A stretch of 64,000 nt of DNA, from positions 243,164,001-243,228,000 of the forward strand of contig OZ024742.1 in NCBI GenBank assembly GCA_964016885.1, in the 5' to 3' direction. Shown here piece by piece: positions 1-12,865 of this stretch. Position 1 is the stretch's first letter; the number at the start of each line of letters is the position of its first letter. The DNA is from Eledone cirrhosa. Taxonomy: Eukaryota. The notes under the pieces were generated by a model. The model saw only the letters and a program-made list of their open reading frames with translations, was not told where the DNA came from and did no database searches. The position numbers and the translations under genes were made by a program.

Positions 1-47
1 AACGATATGTGCTTTTACAATTCTCCAGAAGGGCCGGTAGATAGGTA

Positions 48-92
48 AATATTGCTGATGAGTTGTAACAACAACGAAACTAGTTCAATATT
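48..92 (+). ncRNA. Minimal type I hammerhead ribozyme motif (PLE pseudo-LTR type)
   Basis: Stem I AATATTG/CAATATT, core CTGATGA (55-61), stem II GTTGT/ACAAC, GAAA (76-79), palindromic stem III ACTAGT, site GUU; outer stem TTCTCCAGAA (21-30)/TTCTGGAGAA (105-114). Confidence 0.85.
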
Positions 93-405
93 CCTTGTCT
101 GGCTTTCTGGAGAATAGAGGAAAGGTGTTTCCTCGAAAACCAGTATGACTCTAAAAACCGGTTTGTCTGTGTGTTTACATACAGAATAGCTGGGTTACTC
201 ACAGTAAAGTAACCAGTGAAAGACTTGTTACATCTACATATGTATACGTGTGTGTATTCATATGCACACTAGTATTTCAGTATGCATATGTAGATGTACA
301 TTTTTAACTTAATTGTTTATATATATATATATATATAGTAATAATAATAAATATATATATAATAATAATAATAAATTTGAAGACTAAAATCCAAAGAGGG
401 CTCGA

Positions 406-594
<189 letters not shown>

Positions 595-1207
595 CATTCG
601 CTTCACTATCGTCTCGGATTTTTTTTGTTTTGTTTTGTTTTCTTCCCTGATAAATATTCGTCTTAGTTATCAACGCACTGTGGTGAGATGTGCTGTCTTT
701 AATGCGTCAAAACATCAGTGACTCACGGCAGACACCCGATGAGCAAGAATTGTCCTTATGTTTGTGTTTCTCTTACGTTTTCTAAATGATATTTATTAAT
801 AACCACACAACGTTTTGTCACTTTTAATTCATATATATATATATGTGCGTGTGTGTGTGTGCGTGTACAAATGTGTGTGTGTGTATGTGTGTGTGTGTAT
901 GTGTGTGTGTGTGTGTACATATATATATATATTGATTTGACAGGTATCAATAATACCATTGATATCAAAAGATCTTTGTCCAGAGCCTGACAATTCAGTC
1001 ACTCAATGAAACCTTTATGTTTACTCAGAATAAATGAACCATAAAAAATGTGTATTAATGTGTATATTTATGAAAAAATAGTTATTTCAAAGAAACCCTG
1101 TTCTTTAAAATCCCTTGGCCAATGACCTCTACTCATCCCCAAATATCACCACCTTTCCTAACCACCAGAAAGGATATAAATACAACTGTTTTAAAAGGGT
1201 AGTTGGA

Positions 1208-1253
1208 TTACCTGATGATTTCTTTTGAATAAAACAGTTCTAGTCCTGTAGAA
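1208..1253 (+). ncRNA. Degenerate hammerhead motif (GAAA mutated to AAAA); same family at 4829-4851 (3' half) and 25605-25650
   Basis: CTGATGA-TTTC/GAAT-AAAA-CAG..CTG-TA-GAA; shared AAACAGT(T/A)CTAGTCCTGTAGAA in all three copies. Confidence 0.6.
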
Positions 1254-1383
1254 GCCATTTATATTTTAAACATTATATATATTAAACTTTTTCTGTCCCT
1301 CAGGGTATTTTAATCGATTTTCTTAAACTATTATTTATACCGGTTTGTGCGATTGGATTATACATACATACATGATGATGATT

Positions 1384-1547
1384 GCTGCAACTTGACGGGT
1401 TTTGTTTTGCATCCCGCAGGGTGTCCAAAATCACCCTCCTCCTCAAGCAATCTTATTGGGGTTGCCGATTTAGTCGCCGACGATCCAACCATGCACAGGT
1501 TGTACTGGGTTCCATGTTAACAGAAGCGCTGAAGAGCGACCTGACAT
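1384..1547 (-). mobile_element. Structured repeat (probable LINE 5' leader or derived SINE) flanked by (CATA)n; copies at 11940-12111 (-) and 63828-64000 (+)
   Basis: Shared CCCAGTACAACCTGT..CATGG..GGCGACTAAA..GGCAACCCCA in three places. Confidence 0.7.
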
Positions 1548-1640
1548 AACATACATACATACATACATACATACATACATACATACATACATACATACAT
1601 ACATACATACATACATACATACATACATACATACATACAT

Positions 1641-2625
1641 AAATCATTCAAAAAGCCTAGTATGGAGTTCCGACAAGCTTTTGACATCCCACCTTGAAGG
1701 ATATCTCTCAATACAGGAACAAGAAATCCCTATCAAATATCTGCTACACAAAAGAGGAGGGCCATCAGTCGACAATAAATGTAGGCTTTGTAAAACAAAG
1801 ATGGAAGATGTTAGCCATATTGTTGCCAACTGCGAAAGAATATTGTCTCGCTACTACCTCCTTATGAGAAACGATGTGATAACTAGAACCATCTGGAACG
1901 CACTTAGGAAAACAAAATTAAAAACAAATGAGGAGGAATATGTTGAGATAGATGGCACTAAACAATACTGGTAGAACCTGAAAATAAAAACTGCCACCAA
2001 ATTAAAGCACAACCGGCCTGTTAATGTTGTTTGGGACCACACATTGAAAACGTGCTCTGTGTGTTAGAGATCAGCTGCCCACTGAATGTCAACGTTGTAA
2101 GAAAATACAAGAGAAGGAGGACATCTACGGGCCATTGATGAGGAGATTGCAGATCCAGTATCCAAGATGCACTTTCAGCTTCATACCCATTATTATTGGG
2201 CCTACAGTGGATTGGCAGTATCGGTGGAGGGTCGGACGCCATGCTTTCCAGCATAGTTACGTCCCTTTACGATCTGAGTTCAAATCCCGCCGAGGTTGAC
2301 TTTGCCTTTCATCCTTACGGGTCGATAAAATAAAGTACCAGTAATGCACTGGGTTATTGCTGGCCTTGTGCCTAAAGTAGAAACAATTATTGGGCCTACA
2401 GATTATATACCAACCTGCGTGGACCAAAGTATGGCTGAACTTGAATTTGTGGACAAAGAGCGCAGCTCCCTAATTCATAGACTACAAATGGCTGCGATAG
2501 CTGGCACCTTCAAAATTTGTAAAGCATTCTTGCGATTCAAGGGATGACAATTTCTTTTCTTTTACAACCTTGCCACCAAGAAAGTGGACGGTCAAAAGTG
2601 TACTCGAAATTAAGAGAAAGAGAGA
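1641..2625 (+). mobile_element. 3' fragment of an RLE-type (R4/Dong-like) non-LTR retrotransposon, interrupted by a SINE, bounded by (CATA)n
   Basis: IQEQEI, CRLCKTKMEDVSHIVANC zinc knuckle, RND, HNRP, C-terminal PIIIG..G and LQMAAIAGTFKICKAFL; stops and frameshifts. Confidence 0.85.
2208..2385 (+). mobile_element. tRNA-derived SINE (family A) with 16-bp TSD
   Basis: A box TGGCAGTATCGG, B box GAGTTCAAATCC, core TTTGCCTTTCATCCTTACGGGTCGATAAAATAAAGTACC; TSD ATTATTGGGCCTACAG at 2192-2207 and 2386-2401. Confidence 0.9.
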
Positions 2626-2654
2626 CATACATACATACATACATACATACATAC

Positions 2655-3860
2655 ATGGTGGCTGCCAACTCGTTTTCGAGTACGGCCACTACTTTATATC
2701 CATGTAGGAGAACCCCTACCGATGCGCTAAACAAGTGTGACTTTTAGTCCAGCCAGCGACTTGAAAACTCTGGTACAAACACTACACCTGTGACAATTAT
2801 TGACACATAGTGTTGGGCCTTTGGTACCATGTGACGACAAGTGTAGAGAGATCTCCAGATATAAAGCAATGCCTGTGCCGTGAAGCTTTTATAGTGAGCA
2901 AAGGCACTGCACAAAGCCAGTCCCACTCTCTTAACCAAGATGATATTTACCAAAAAGAAGAATAAGTCAACATCATTGGATACATACATACATACATACA
3001 TACATACATACATACATACATGGTGGCTGTCAACTCGTTTTCGAGTACGGCCACTACTTTATATCCATGTACGAGAACCCCTACCGATGCGCTGAACGAG
3101 TGTGACATTTTAGTCCAGCCAGCGACTTGAAAACTCAGGTACAAACACTACACTTATGACAATTATTGACACATAGTGCTGGGCCCATGGTACCATGTGA
3201 CGACAAGTGCAGAGAGATTCCAAATATAAAGCAATGCCTGTGCCGTGAAGCTTTTAGCTTCATACCCATCATTATTGGAGCTACGGGTTATATACCAACC
3301 CGCTTGGACCAAAGTATGACTGAACTTGGATTTGCGGACAAAGAGCGCAGCTCCCTAATTCATAGTCTACAAATGGCTGCGATAGCTGGCACCTTCAAAA
3401 TTTGTAAAACATTCTTGCGATTTAAGGGATGACAATTTCTTTTCTTTTACAACTTTACCACCAGGAAGGTGGCCGGTCAAAAAAATATACTCGAAATTAA
3501 GAGAAAGAGATAACATACATATATGGTGGCTGCCAACTCGTTTTCGAGTACGGCCACTACTTTATATCCATGTAGGAGAAACCCTACCGGTGCGCTGAAC
3601 AAGTGTGACTTTTTAATCCAGCCAGCGACTTGAAAACTCTGGTACAAACACTACACTTGTGACAATTATTGACACAGTGCTGGGCCCATGGAACCATGTA
3701 ACGACAAATGCAGAGAGATCTCCAGATATAAAGCAATGCATGTGCCGTGAAGCTTTTATAGTGAGCAAAGGCACTGCACAAAGCCAGTCCCACTCTCTTA
3801 ACCAAGATGATATTTACCAAAAAGAAGAACAAGTCAACATCATTGGATACCATCAGGGTA
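2655..3860 (-). repeat. Three copies (2655-2980, 3020-3255, 3522-3860) of a LINE 3'-end fragment encoding a C2H2-like finger, interleaved with a second copy of the RLE C-terminus (3256-3510, +)
   Basis: CSVCTRVFKSLAGLKSH in ORF 3584-3955; near-identical DNA in three blocks ending in (TATG)n. Confidence 0.8.
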
Positions 3861-3964
3861 TACATACATACATAATACATACATAATACATACATACATA
3901 CATACATACATACATACATACATACATACATACATACATACATACATACATACATACATAATCA

Positions 3965-4757
3965 TAGCGACCACAGTTGAACATTCCTGACAAGGTCTCT
4001 CCACAATTCACGATTATTCCATTGCTCCTGGCAAATGTTTACTTCTAGGGTTTGTATCGTTTGCGAGTTCGAGCAGGTCTTCCTCTACTGCATCTCCTGT
4101 GAGTTGGTTCCCATCATAGTAACTTGTGTATAATTTCCTGCTTACTTCTCCAGCAACGTCCTGCAAATCATAACTGTCTTTCAGCAATTGTAGTTGTTAT
4201 CTTGGGCAAGTTTCTGTATAAACTTTCATTTGAAATACGTTAACGCCAGTTTATGTTTTGTACAAGCCTAAGCATTTTAGTGTATGCACCATCTATTTCC
4301 TTCTTAAGTGCTTGTGTCTGAATCCATGTACCTGATCCATACATTCACACAAAAGACGCTCTGAAGAATGATATTTTGTTTTATCTAGGTAGGTATGACT
4401 TCTCTATCCTTTCAATTTTGTTCATTGCAGCCCAGAATTTGGAAATTCTAATATCAATATTCTTTTTTGATGAACTCATCTAGCTGGCCAAATAAAGAAA
4501 ATCAGCAACTCGATTTAGTATTTTACCATCCAGTGTGACAAGATTTCTATCTTCTTAGTTTAGTGACACGTACTCTCTCTTGGTAATTCGACTCTATAAA
4601 ATTCTTGAGTTTGATAAATAGTATTTGATAGAACTATGTCATCTGCAAAATCTGTATCACATATAATAGTTGGTGGGTTTCGCTTACTTCTGCTTTGTGT
4701 CAATATAAAGCCGAGATCTTGTTCATTAACAATGGCTTCTCTCCTTGTGTGGCATAG
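3965..4757 (-). mobile_element. Degenerate RTE-clade LINE 3' portion
   Basis: GFILTQSRSKRNPPTIICDTDFADDIVL reverse transcriptase motif, followed by degraded C-terminal coding sequence. Confidence 0.8.
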
Positions 4758-4856
4758 TCTATATATATATATATATATATATACGTTATTCCGGGTTGAA
4801 TCGGAGGTAACCACAGTAAGTAAGGTATGAAACAGTTCTAGTCCTGTAGAATCTCA

Positions 4857-4904
<48 letters not shown>

Positions 4905-5063
4905 CTTCCCGTCCCCATGTAAAATTTGTAAATCAGTGGCTAGTTGAGAGATAGAGTCCTATCGGGTGCCAGTTGCTAATAGCTTTACCGTGTCAGTCGT
5001 CACAAACAGTCATGGCCGGCATAGACTGTTCTTGGGATTCTGTCAATCGATTGGTTATTGATT

Positions 5064-5185
5064 AGGTGATACCCGCTGATGAAGCCGCATAAGCCGATTG
5101 TGCATTGTTGCATAATATATGCAGACAGATGGTGCAGTGCACCTTAATGCTGCATTAGTGCGGCCGAAACTCGAGTCCGGGACCT
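5064..5185 (+). ncRNA. Type I hammerhead motif with a roughly 70-nt insert in stem II
   Basis: CCCG/CGGG stem I extended by AGGT/ACCT, CTGATGA (5076-5082), GCCGCA/TGCGGC, GAAA (5166-5169), palindromic ACTCGAGT, site GUC (5177). Confidence 0.85.
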
Positions 5186-5239
5186 TATAGTTTTACGTGT
5201 GTTGTGTTGAAGCAAATAACTATGTGTATACTCTGGTAA

Positions 5240-8200
5240 TGTATCTTACATTGCCCATGGAGTACGCTAAGTCAGCGAAGGGAAAATGAAACATGTGTCA
5301 GTGAAAACGAGGTAAATTGTAACACTTCGAATCCCAGGGTTGGGGCGGAATCACTGGCAACAGAACAAATTAAAGAAAGGATCGAAAAAGTGGAGGGAGT
5401 GCATGCTCAAGATGAAACTCCAAATGAAAACAATGAGATCGTAAATGATAAAGAAATGAATGAGAATAAACTTGCCAACTTGAAGGATGAAATTATGATC
5501 GAATGGATGAAAATGAAAGAATCTGACATGGGGGAACGAGACACCCTCCCTAAGATCCAGAACTCCAAACAGAACCAAAAGATAATACACAAGACTAACA
5601 TAATTCTCAAAAACATTATCATCACAAACAAACTAAACATTACTGATTTTAATCATCTCTATTATGCATCGGCTAAAGTCACCACTCACTTATGTGAAGT
5701 GAAGATGAAAAAACAAAGGAATCCCCACAAGAAATCTACTTGGCAAGAGAACATCAATCGCCAAATAAACCTTCTCCGATCTGACATAGAAATTTTAACA
5801 AACTATAAAGTAGGTGAACATGTTAAACAAACTAAACTTAGAAAATTAAAAAGAAAGTACAGTATAAAATCAACAAGTGACATAGACATGCTGATAGAAA
5901 TAATCAAGCAAAAAGTGTCGGCCAAAGCTGTTCGTATAAGGCGCTTTGAAAAACGATCTAGATTCTATAAGGACAATAATATGTTCAAAAACAACCAAAG
6001 AAACTTCTACAGAAAAATTGGTAAGTCAACAATAACTGCTAAATCAATACCACACAAGGAGGAAGTGCAAGAATTCTGGGAAAAGATCTGGGCCGAAGAA
6101 AAAGTTCATAACATACATGCCCCATGGATAAATGAAAGATACAGCTCACCTTGAGGAACAAATATGGGAAAATATAACAGTTGAACAGTTGCGTTTGGCT
6201 CTAAGAAAAACCAGCAAATGGAAATCCCCAGGAAAAGACAAAATACAAAATTTCTGGATAAATGCCTTCACAGAGTCTCATGAGCTGTTAGCCCAACTTT
6301 ACAATGAAATAGTTAAGGAGCCAGAAAAGATACCATCATGGCTAGTTAACGGCATTACATTCCTGCTTCCGAAGAATGATGAGACAAACAATCCCAAAAA
6401 TTACAGACCGATAACTTGCTTGACCACAATGTATAAAATTTTAACATCAGTCCTAACTAAATATACATATGACCACCTGATAACAAATGACCTATTTCCC
6501 ATTGAGCAGAAAGGGTGTAAACCAGGCTCATATGGCTGTAAGGATCAGCTTTTGGTTAACAGAATGATACTGGAAGATTGTCATAATAGACACAAAAATC
6601 TATCGATTGCTTGGATAGATAATAAAAAAGCATTCGATAGTTTGCCACACAGTTGGATTGAAAAATGTTTAGAGATTTTCAAAATATCTCCCGTTGTCAG
6701 GAGGTTTTTGTCATTCAGTATGAAGACATGGAAAACGACACTCCTTTTGAATAGTGAAACAAAATCACTGGAAGCTGGAGAAGTTAATATTAATTGTGGA
6801 ATTTTTCAGGGTGACTCTTTATCACCGCTTTTATTCTGAATCGCACTTATACCATTAAGTAAAATGCTCAATGAAACAACACATGGATATAAAGTCTATG
6901 ACAAAACCATTAATCACCTGTTCTACATGGATGACCTGAAACTATTTGCAAAAAATGATGAACAATTGCAAGGGCTATTATCCACTGTGAAGCAGTTCAG
7001 TGATGACATTAAAATGGAGTTTGGACTGGATAAATGCGCCAAAGCAACGTTCACCAGAGGAAAGCTGCTGAAGAGTTCAGACATTAATCTTGATCGGGAG
7101 AACGTGATAAGAGAGCTTGATCAAGAAAAAACTTACAAATATCTAGGTGTTTGTGAAGGAGACGGAATCAAGCACTCGACAATGAGGGAAAGGATAAGGA
7201 AGGAATGTTACCGCAGAGTCAGAGCAATCTTAAGAACGGAATTGAATGCAAGGAATAGGATCGATGCCATAAACACGCTTGCCATACCAGTAGTGACCTA
7301 CAGTTACAATGTCATCAACTGGTCAAGCACAGAGATCCGTAGGCTCGATACAAAAATCCGAAAATTCTTAACCATGCACAGAATGCATCACCCTAAGGCA
7401 GACATAGATAGAATATATCTCCCTAGGAAAGAAGGAGGACGTGGGTTAATCCAGTTAGACATTGCGTTGAAAACTGCAACAATTGGATTATCCACATATC
7501 TAAGGGAATCACATGATTGGATGATCAAACTCGTTTTGAAATACGAAAGCACCAAAAGATCATATTCCATTACAAAAGATGTACAAAGATACAGTAATGG
7601 ACTACAAATTTCAGAAGTCCCATTTACTGCTGAAATGGAAAACACAGAAAAAGCAAAGCAGGTAAAAGTAACTGCAAAGAAAGAACTGCTACAGAAACTG
7701 GCTAAGAAATGGCAAGAAAAGCCTCTGTATGGAAAATACCCAGAGCGAGCTAACAATCCTGATGTTGACAAAACTTTAACCCATCAGTGGTTGGCATCCT
7801 CTGGACTGAAATCGGAGACTGAAGGACTGATTATATCGGCACAAGATCAGTGTCTACAAACAAAAAATTACCAAGCCAACATAATAAAAAATGGGTGCAG
7901 CCCATTATGCCGTGTATGCAAAAAACAACCAGAGACCATTGACCATATAATTTCAATGTGCAGTCCTATAGCTCCAACCGAATACCTAAACAGGCATGAC
8001 AGAGCTGCACAATACATACATTGGATAATGTGTAAGCATTTTGACCTGCCCCATCAAAAGAATTGGTGGGAGCATCAACCACCTCCCATACTTGAAAAAG
8101 ATCACATCTCAATCTTGTGGAACTTTAGCATCCAAACAGACCGAAAAATAGATGCAAATAGACCTGATATAATATTGAAGGACTTTCAAAGGAGGGTATG

Positions 8201-8641
8201 CCTGCTAATTGATATGTCTGTTCCAATAGACAAGAATGTATCTATAAAAACATTTGAAAAATTGAGCAAGTATAAGGACCTGGAGATAGAAATTGGAAAA
8301 ATGTGGAAATTGAGAACTAAAACAATACCAGTGGTTGTAGGCGCTCTGGGAATGATACCTAAGGGGTCTAACGACTACTTATCGCAAATCCCAGGAAACC
8401 CGCGTATAGGAGAAATACAAAAGATAGTACTAATGGGAACTGCCCATATACTAAGGAAGATCCTGTCAATATAAGTACAACACAAGTCTAAACACTAAGG
8501 ATGCATGTGTGAATATGTATGTTCTTTCTTGAACATGGCGGACCTTATTGTCTCTTGAGGTCACTGGTTGTGACTTGGTGATAACTCGTATGAACATAAA
8601 GCAAGATAAATGCAAATAATAATAATAATAATAATAATAAA
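5240..8641 (+). mobile_element. R4/Dong-like RLE non-LTR retrotransposon, probably 5'-truncated, ending in (AAT)n
   Basis: RT followed by CCHC knuckle and PD-type endonuclease; 3' UTR 8475-8614; (AAT)n 8615-8641. Confidence 0.92.
5390..8474 (+). pseudogene. RT-RLE polyprotein with one frameshift (about 6132-6154) and one TGA (6837-6839)
   Basis: WKSPGKD, NYRPITCL, EQKG, DNKKAFDS, GIFQGDSLSPLLF, HLFYMDDLK, YKYLG, CRVCKKQPETIDHIISMC, RHD, NRPDII..IDMSVP..KYKDL; frame is open upstream to 5240. Confidence 0.93.
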
Positions 8642-9618
8642 ACAACCTACACAAATACGTGACTGATAGTAGGGATCCAATGCTCAGAATTGTACTGAAG
8701 GAGAGGACAATAGACCAGGGGATGTCCAAGGAGGAAATAACAACAAGGAGAAAGAGCAACCTTCATGAAAAATCCCTTCATAGTACCTTCTTTGAGAAAA
8801 CTGAATTCAGAGATCCACAGACATGGAACTGGTTGAAAAGAGGAGACCTTAAAAAGGCTACAGAAGGAATGCTAATGGCTGCGCAAGAGCAGGCCCTCAA
8901 AACGAAGTGGCTGAAACACCATATTTACAAGGAGGAGGCTAGCCCACTGTGTAGGATCTGTGGAGAGAGAGAGGAGACTGTGGCTCACATTGTATCTGAG
9001 TGTAAACACCTAGCCCAGACTCACTATAAAGGCTGGAGACATTATGTGATGGGCAGGGTGATCCACTGGCACCTATGCAAAGTAAACAATTTACCCCATT
9101 CTGAGAAGTGGTATGAGCATAAGCCAGAGTCGGTGATAGAAAACAATCAGGTGAAGGTGCTGTGGGATTTTAGGATACAGACGGACAAGAAACTGAAACA
9201 CAATAGACCTGACCTGGTGGTTTTGGACAAGGAAAAAAGATCGTGCCTGATTGTGGATGTGGCCTGCCCATTAGACACGAGAGTGCAAGAGAAGGAGAGG
9301 GAGAAAATTAACCGATACCAGGACTTAAAGTGGGAGGTAAAAAGGATTTGGAACTGCCATGAAGTCAAAGTGGTCCCGATTGACATAGGCGCACTAGGTA
9401 CTATCTCAAAGAGTTTCCAAGGATGGTTAAAGAAAATTGGTCACGCCCTGCTTTTTGGAACACTTCAAAAGGCATGCTTGCTGGGAACAGCAAGAACCCT
9501 CCGATACGTCCTGAATATCTGAGGCTGCAAGTAATGGCTTAATATTCATTTCAACAAACTTTCCAGTTAAATAACATCAATGACTGAGACTCAAAGAACA
9601 ATAATAATAATAATAATA
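8642..9618 (+). mobile_element. Second, divergent R4/Dong-like element (5'-truncated, RLE domain open) ending in (AAT)n
   Basis: ORF 8659-9522: AAQEQAL, CRICGEREETVAHIVSEC, HNRPDLVV..VDVACP, LQKACLLGTARTLR; (AAT)n 9599-9618. Confidence 0.92.
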
Positions 9619-9649
9619 TTTATACTTATATATAAACTATATATAGTTA

Positions 9650-10347
9650 TAAACAGGAAAGGTCAGTATTTTTTATTTTTTATTTTTTACCACCCTATTA
9701 CCAGTATGAAAAATAGCTCAATCAGATGCCTTACAGAACAGGAATATAAAGTTCAAAACAATTAAAACTATGTTCAATACATTTTATTGCTGACAATCGT
9801 TTCTTCCAAACTATTTATCTGATCCACACTCAACGCATGCATCAACGAAACTTTGTATATGTATATTAAGCAAGCTGCTTCACAATTTTCACCTTACATC
9901 CTACCCTTGCATTCCTGACTGTTTAATACCCTATTACACTTATATTTTGTGATATCTTTGCCATATTGTGCTATATATACTTAATACCATTGCTTTCTTT
10001 CCATATTATTCTGTATATGCCTAATACCTCTGCATTCTTATTGTCTATATGCCTGTGTACCACTAATGTCCTACTTTACGAGTAACTTTCTTTTAGAATT
10101 CTTTTAGAATTCTTTTATAATCTTTATTATACCTATTGCTACTGACCACATATTCACTCTCTTTAAATATGACACTGTTGATAGCAATAAAAATATCAAC
10201 ATATCTTTATGATTGTTTTGTAGAAAAGGAGGTTAATTATATGTTTAAACTTTGCCAATGCTCCGATGACTTCAAACGGCTGTTTGGAAGAAACGATTGT
10301 CAGCTATAAAATGTATTGAACATAGTTTTGATTGTTTTGAACTTTAT
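9650..10347 (+). mobile_element. PLE pseudo-LTR remnant with inverted arm (9745-9810 vs 10282-10347)
   Basis: About 65-bp inverted repeat covering the HHR 3' half; ends in (TA)n. Confidence 0.7.
10260..10304 (+). ncRNA. Hammerhead motif with variant core CCGATGA
   Basis: GCT/AGC stem I, CCGATGA, TTCAAAC/GTTTGGA, GAAA, CGATTG, TC. Confidence 0.7.
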
Positions 10348-10652
10348 ATATATATATATAGAAAGAGAGGGGGGGGGGGATAGACAGAGAGAGATAGCAT
10401 GCTCAGCTATAGTCGGTACTTTCGGTTTGCTTTAGCCTATCTTTTGCTCACTGGATTTTAACGGGACAAGACCTGTCTCGCTGCTTTCCTTCTAAAATTT
10501 GAACCTTTCGGACGTAAGTCCCTGATTGTCTTTTTCATTCCAGGAAGTGACTGGTGAGGGAAATAGCTGTTACTCATTTGTCCGCCGTAACCGTCTTTCC
10601 AACTGTGCAGTTTTGCTAATATACATACATGTATATACATACATATATATAC

Positions 10653-10768
<116 letters not shown>

Positions 10769-10839
10769 GGGTAAAGAACAGGAGGTTATATCCGTAGTAA
10801 GTAGAGCACTGAGTCCAAAGGACAAGTTCGGTATAAAGG

Positions 10840-11535
10840 TATAAAGTTAGTTCCACAAACCATGCACGAGATCTCCCCACCCGGAAGCATGCCCTCTTTA
10901 ACAACAGTGTAACATGCCCACAGTCGTCTATGAAGCTTAAGTTACATCCACTCGACTGAATCAACAGCAGGAGGTCAAAACGAGTATAGATATGTCGGAG
11001 GGCCGGTTTAAAGGACGCTACCTTAACCATCAGACGACCTTTAGACATTCGGATAATCGATCTTCCAAGAAGCTCGCAAGCCACATATGGCCACTCAAAG
11101 ATGCAAACGTGAATTTCTCCATTCAATAGAAAGTTCTGGTCAAATCCAAACCATGCGGAAATGGTGCAATGTCCTGTAAACTGTGTATTGATGAAAGAGT
11201 GAATATCTTGCAGAGGTTACGTAATAGTAATTGCCTTAACACAAGATCCGATTTTTTTTATCGCTGCCTCCACGCTGCAAAGTATCTATTATGTAACTGA
11301 AAAGACCCGGGATAACCATAAATTTTACCCGGAATGAACTAACTCAATCGAAAATATTTTCCCCTGCTTCAGTCTAATTTAAGTTGTTTACTTTGTCACC
11401 AAACCTCGCGCAGAATCCAGTCAGCTCATATACACTTCCGTTTTTACCGCAGTCATACACGGGTTGAAAAGCCGTTCGGTGAAACGCACGTTCTCGTGTA
11501 TGGTTTGTTAATTTATTGCGGAACAAACTTTCACT
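10840..11535 (+). mobile_element. PLE 3' fragment (GIY-YIG endonuclease remnant and pseudo-LTR), Hydra-clade-like
   Basis: Plus-strand translation MSEGRFKGRYLNHQTTF..KLASHIWPLKD..CKLCIDERVNIL..CLNTRSDF..RCLH. Confidence 0.85.
11454..11502 (+). ncRNA. Hammerhead motif with U3-A8 core
   Basis: CATACACGGG/CTCGTGTATG stem I, TTGAAAA, GCC/GGT, GAAA, CG-CA-CG, TT. Confidence 0.8.
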
Positions 11536-11543
11536 CTCTCTCG

Positions 11544-11606
<63 letters not shown>

Positions 11607-11939
11607 CAATGATGGCTACAACTCGATTTTGAATAATGCCATCGCTTGATACTTAAGCATGGTCATCACCAACGTGGCATTTGAGCCCTGCTAGGGACTT
11701 ACTTATGGCGAGCCATGTGATGAATTGCAAAAAAATGTCACATCAGCGGTACCTGTGCTTAAAGCTTTTTAACTGAGAAAACCTTTGCAAGGGGCCAATC
11801 CCACTCTCTGAACATCGAATGCATTTACCCAAAAGGTGAACCGGTCTACATCATTGGATGCAAAAGTCACAGGTTTTATATCAGAGTGACCTTCTAGAGG
11901 GATGTCTTAATGAAGACTGGGAGTCTCTCGCTCTACAAA

Positions 11940-12111
11940 AAAAACTATTGGATGACCGTTGGCTCTCCTGAATTCCTCCGCCCTTTGCCGGGTTTTGTAT
12001 TTCATCAAGCAAACTTGGTGGGGTTGCCGGTTTAGTCGCCGATGACTCGACCATGCACAGGTTGTACTGGGTTACATGTTGCTAGTAGAGCTGAAGAGAG
12101 AGAGCTGACAT
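11940..12111 (-). mobile_element. Second copy of the structured leader repeat next to (CATA)n
   Basis: Matches 1384-1547 and 63828-64000. Confidence 0.7.
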
Positions 12112-12114
12112 AAG

Positions 12115-12146
<32 letters not shown>

Positions 12147-12831
12147 CATACATACATACATACATACATACATACATACATACATACATACATACATACA
12201 TACATACATACATACATACATACGTGTGTGTATGTGTGTGTGTGTGTACACAGGAGGGTGTGAGAAAAAAGAGAGGTTATTGTCAGTGTGTCTGCATGTG
12301 AGTACGTATATGTGTGTGGGGCGTATGTGTATGTGTGTGTTGGGCGTGTGTGTATGTATGTGTATGTGTGTATGTGTGTGTGCGTATGTGTGTGTGCGTG
12401 AGCACGCGTGTGTATGTACTAAATTCTAAATCCCTTTCCAAGAACCACTATTTTGTGTTTGCCCTTTTGCTTAAGAGGCGGGTCTTAGTTATTCTGTTAA
12501 ACAGTACATTAGTTTTATTGACTATCCTCGCTTTTAAATAAAACGTCTTTGTGGCCTTTGTTTTTAAGAGCGATTACTATAGTCAATAGTTAGTGTAACG
12601 AAGACTTTGTTTGTGTTAGTAGTGATGGCATTGGCAGCGTTGGTGTAATGGTAGCGACGGTGTTGGTAACTGCGATAGTGATGTGGGTTTTGGCAGCAAT
12701 TTCATACAATTTTCTGATTTGTTTTGAAGTCATCCAGTTCAAATCCAGCCATTGAAACAACCGGCATTTTTACATTGCCAGCAAAATTGTATTTATGTTT
12801 GAGTATGTGTATCTCTACATACATATGTATG

Positions 12832-12865
<34 letters not shown>

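Noticed and set aside
5014-5100. HDV-like ribozyme starting GGCCGGCAT
   Set aside because: No convincing P1 partner, P3/L3 or J4/2 could be placed
6837-6839. Selenocysteine recoding of the TGA at a position that is usually Cys (SPLLFC)
   Set aside because: Single occurrence, explained by one substitution; the ORF also has a frameshift and no SECIS was recognised
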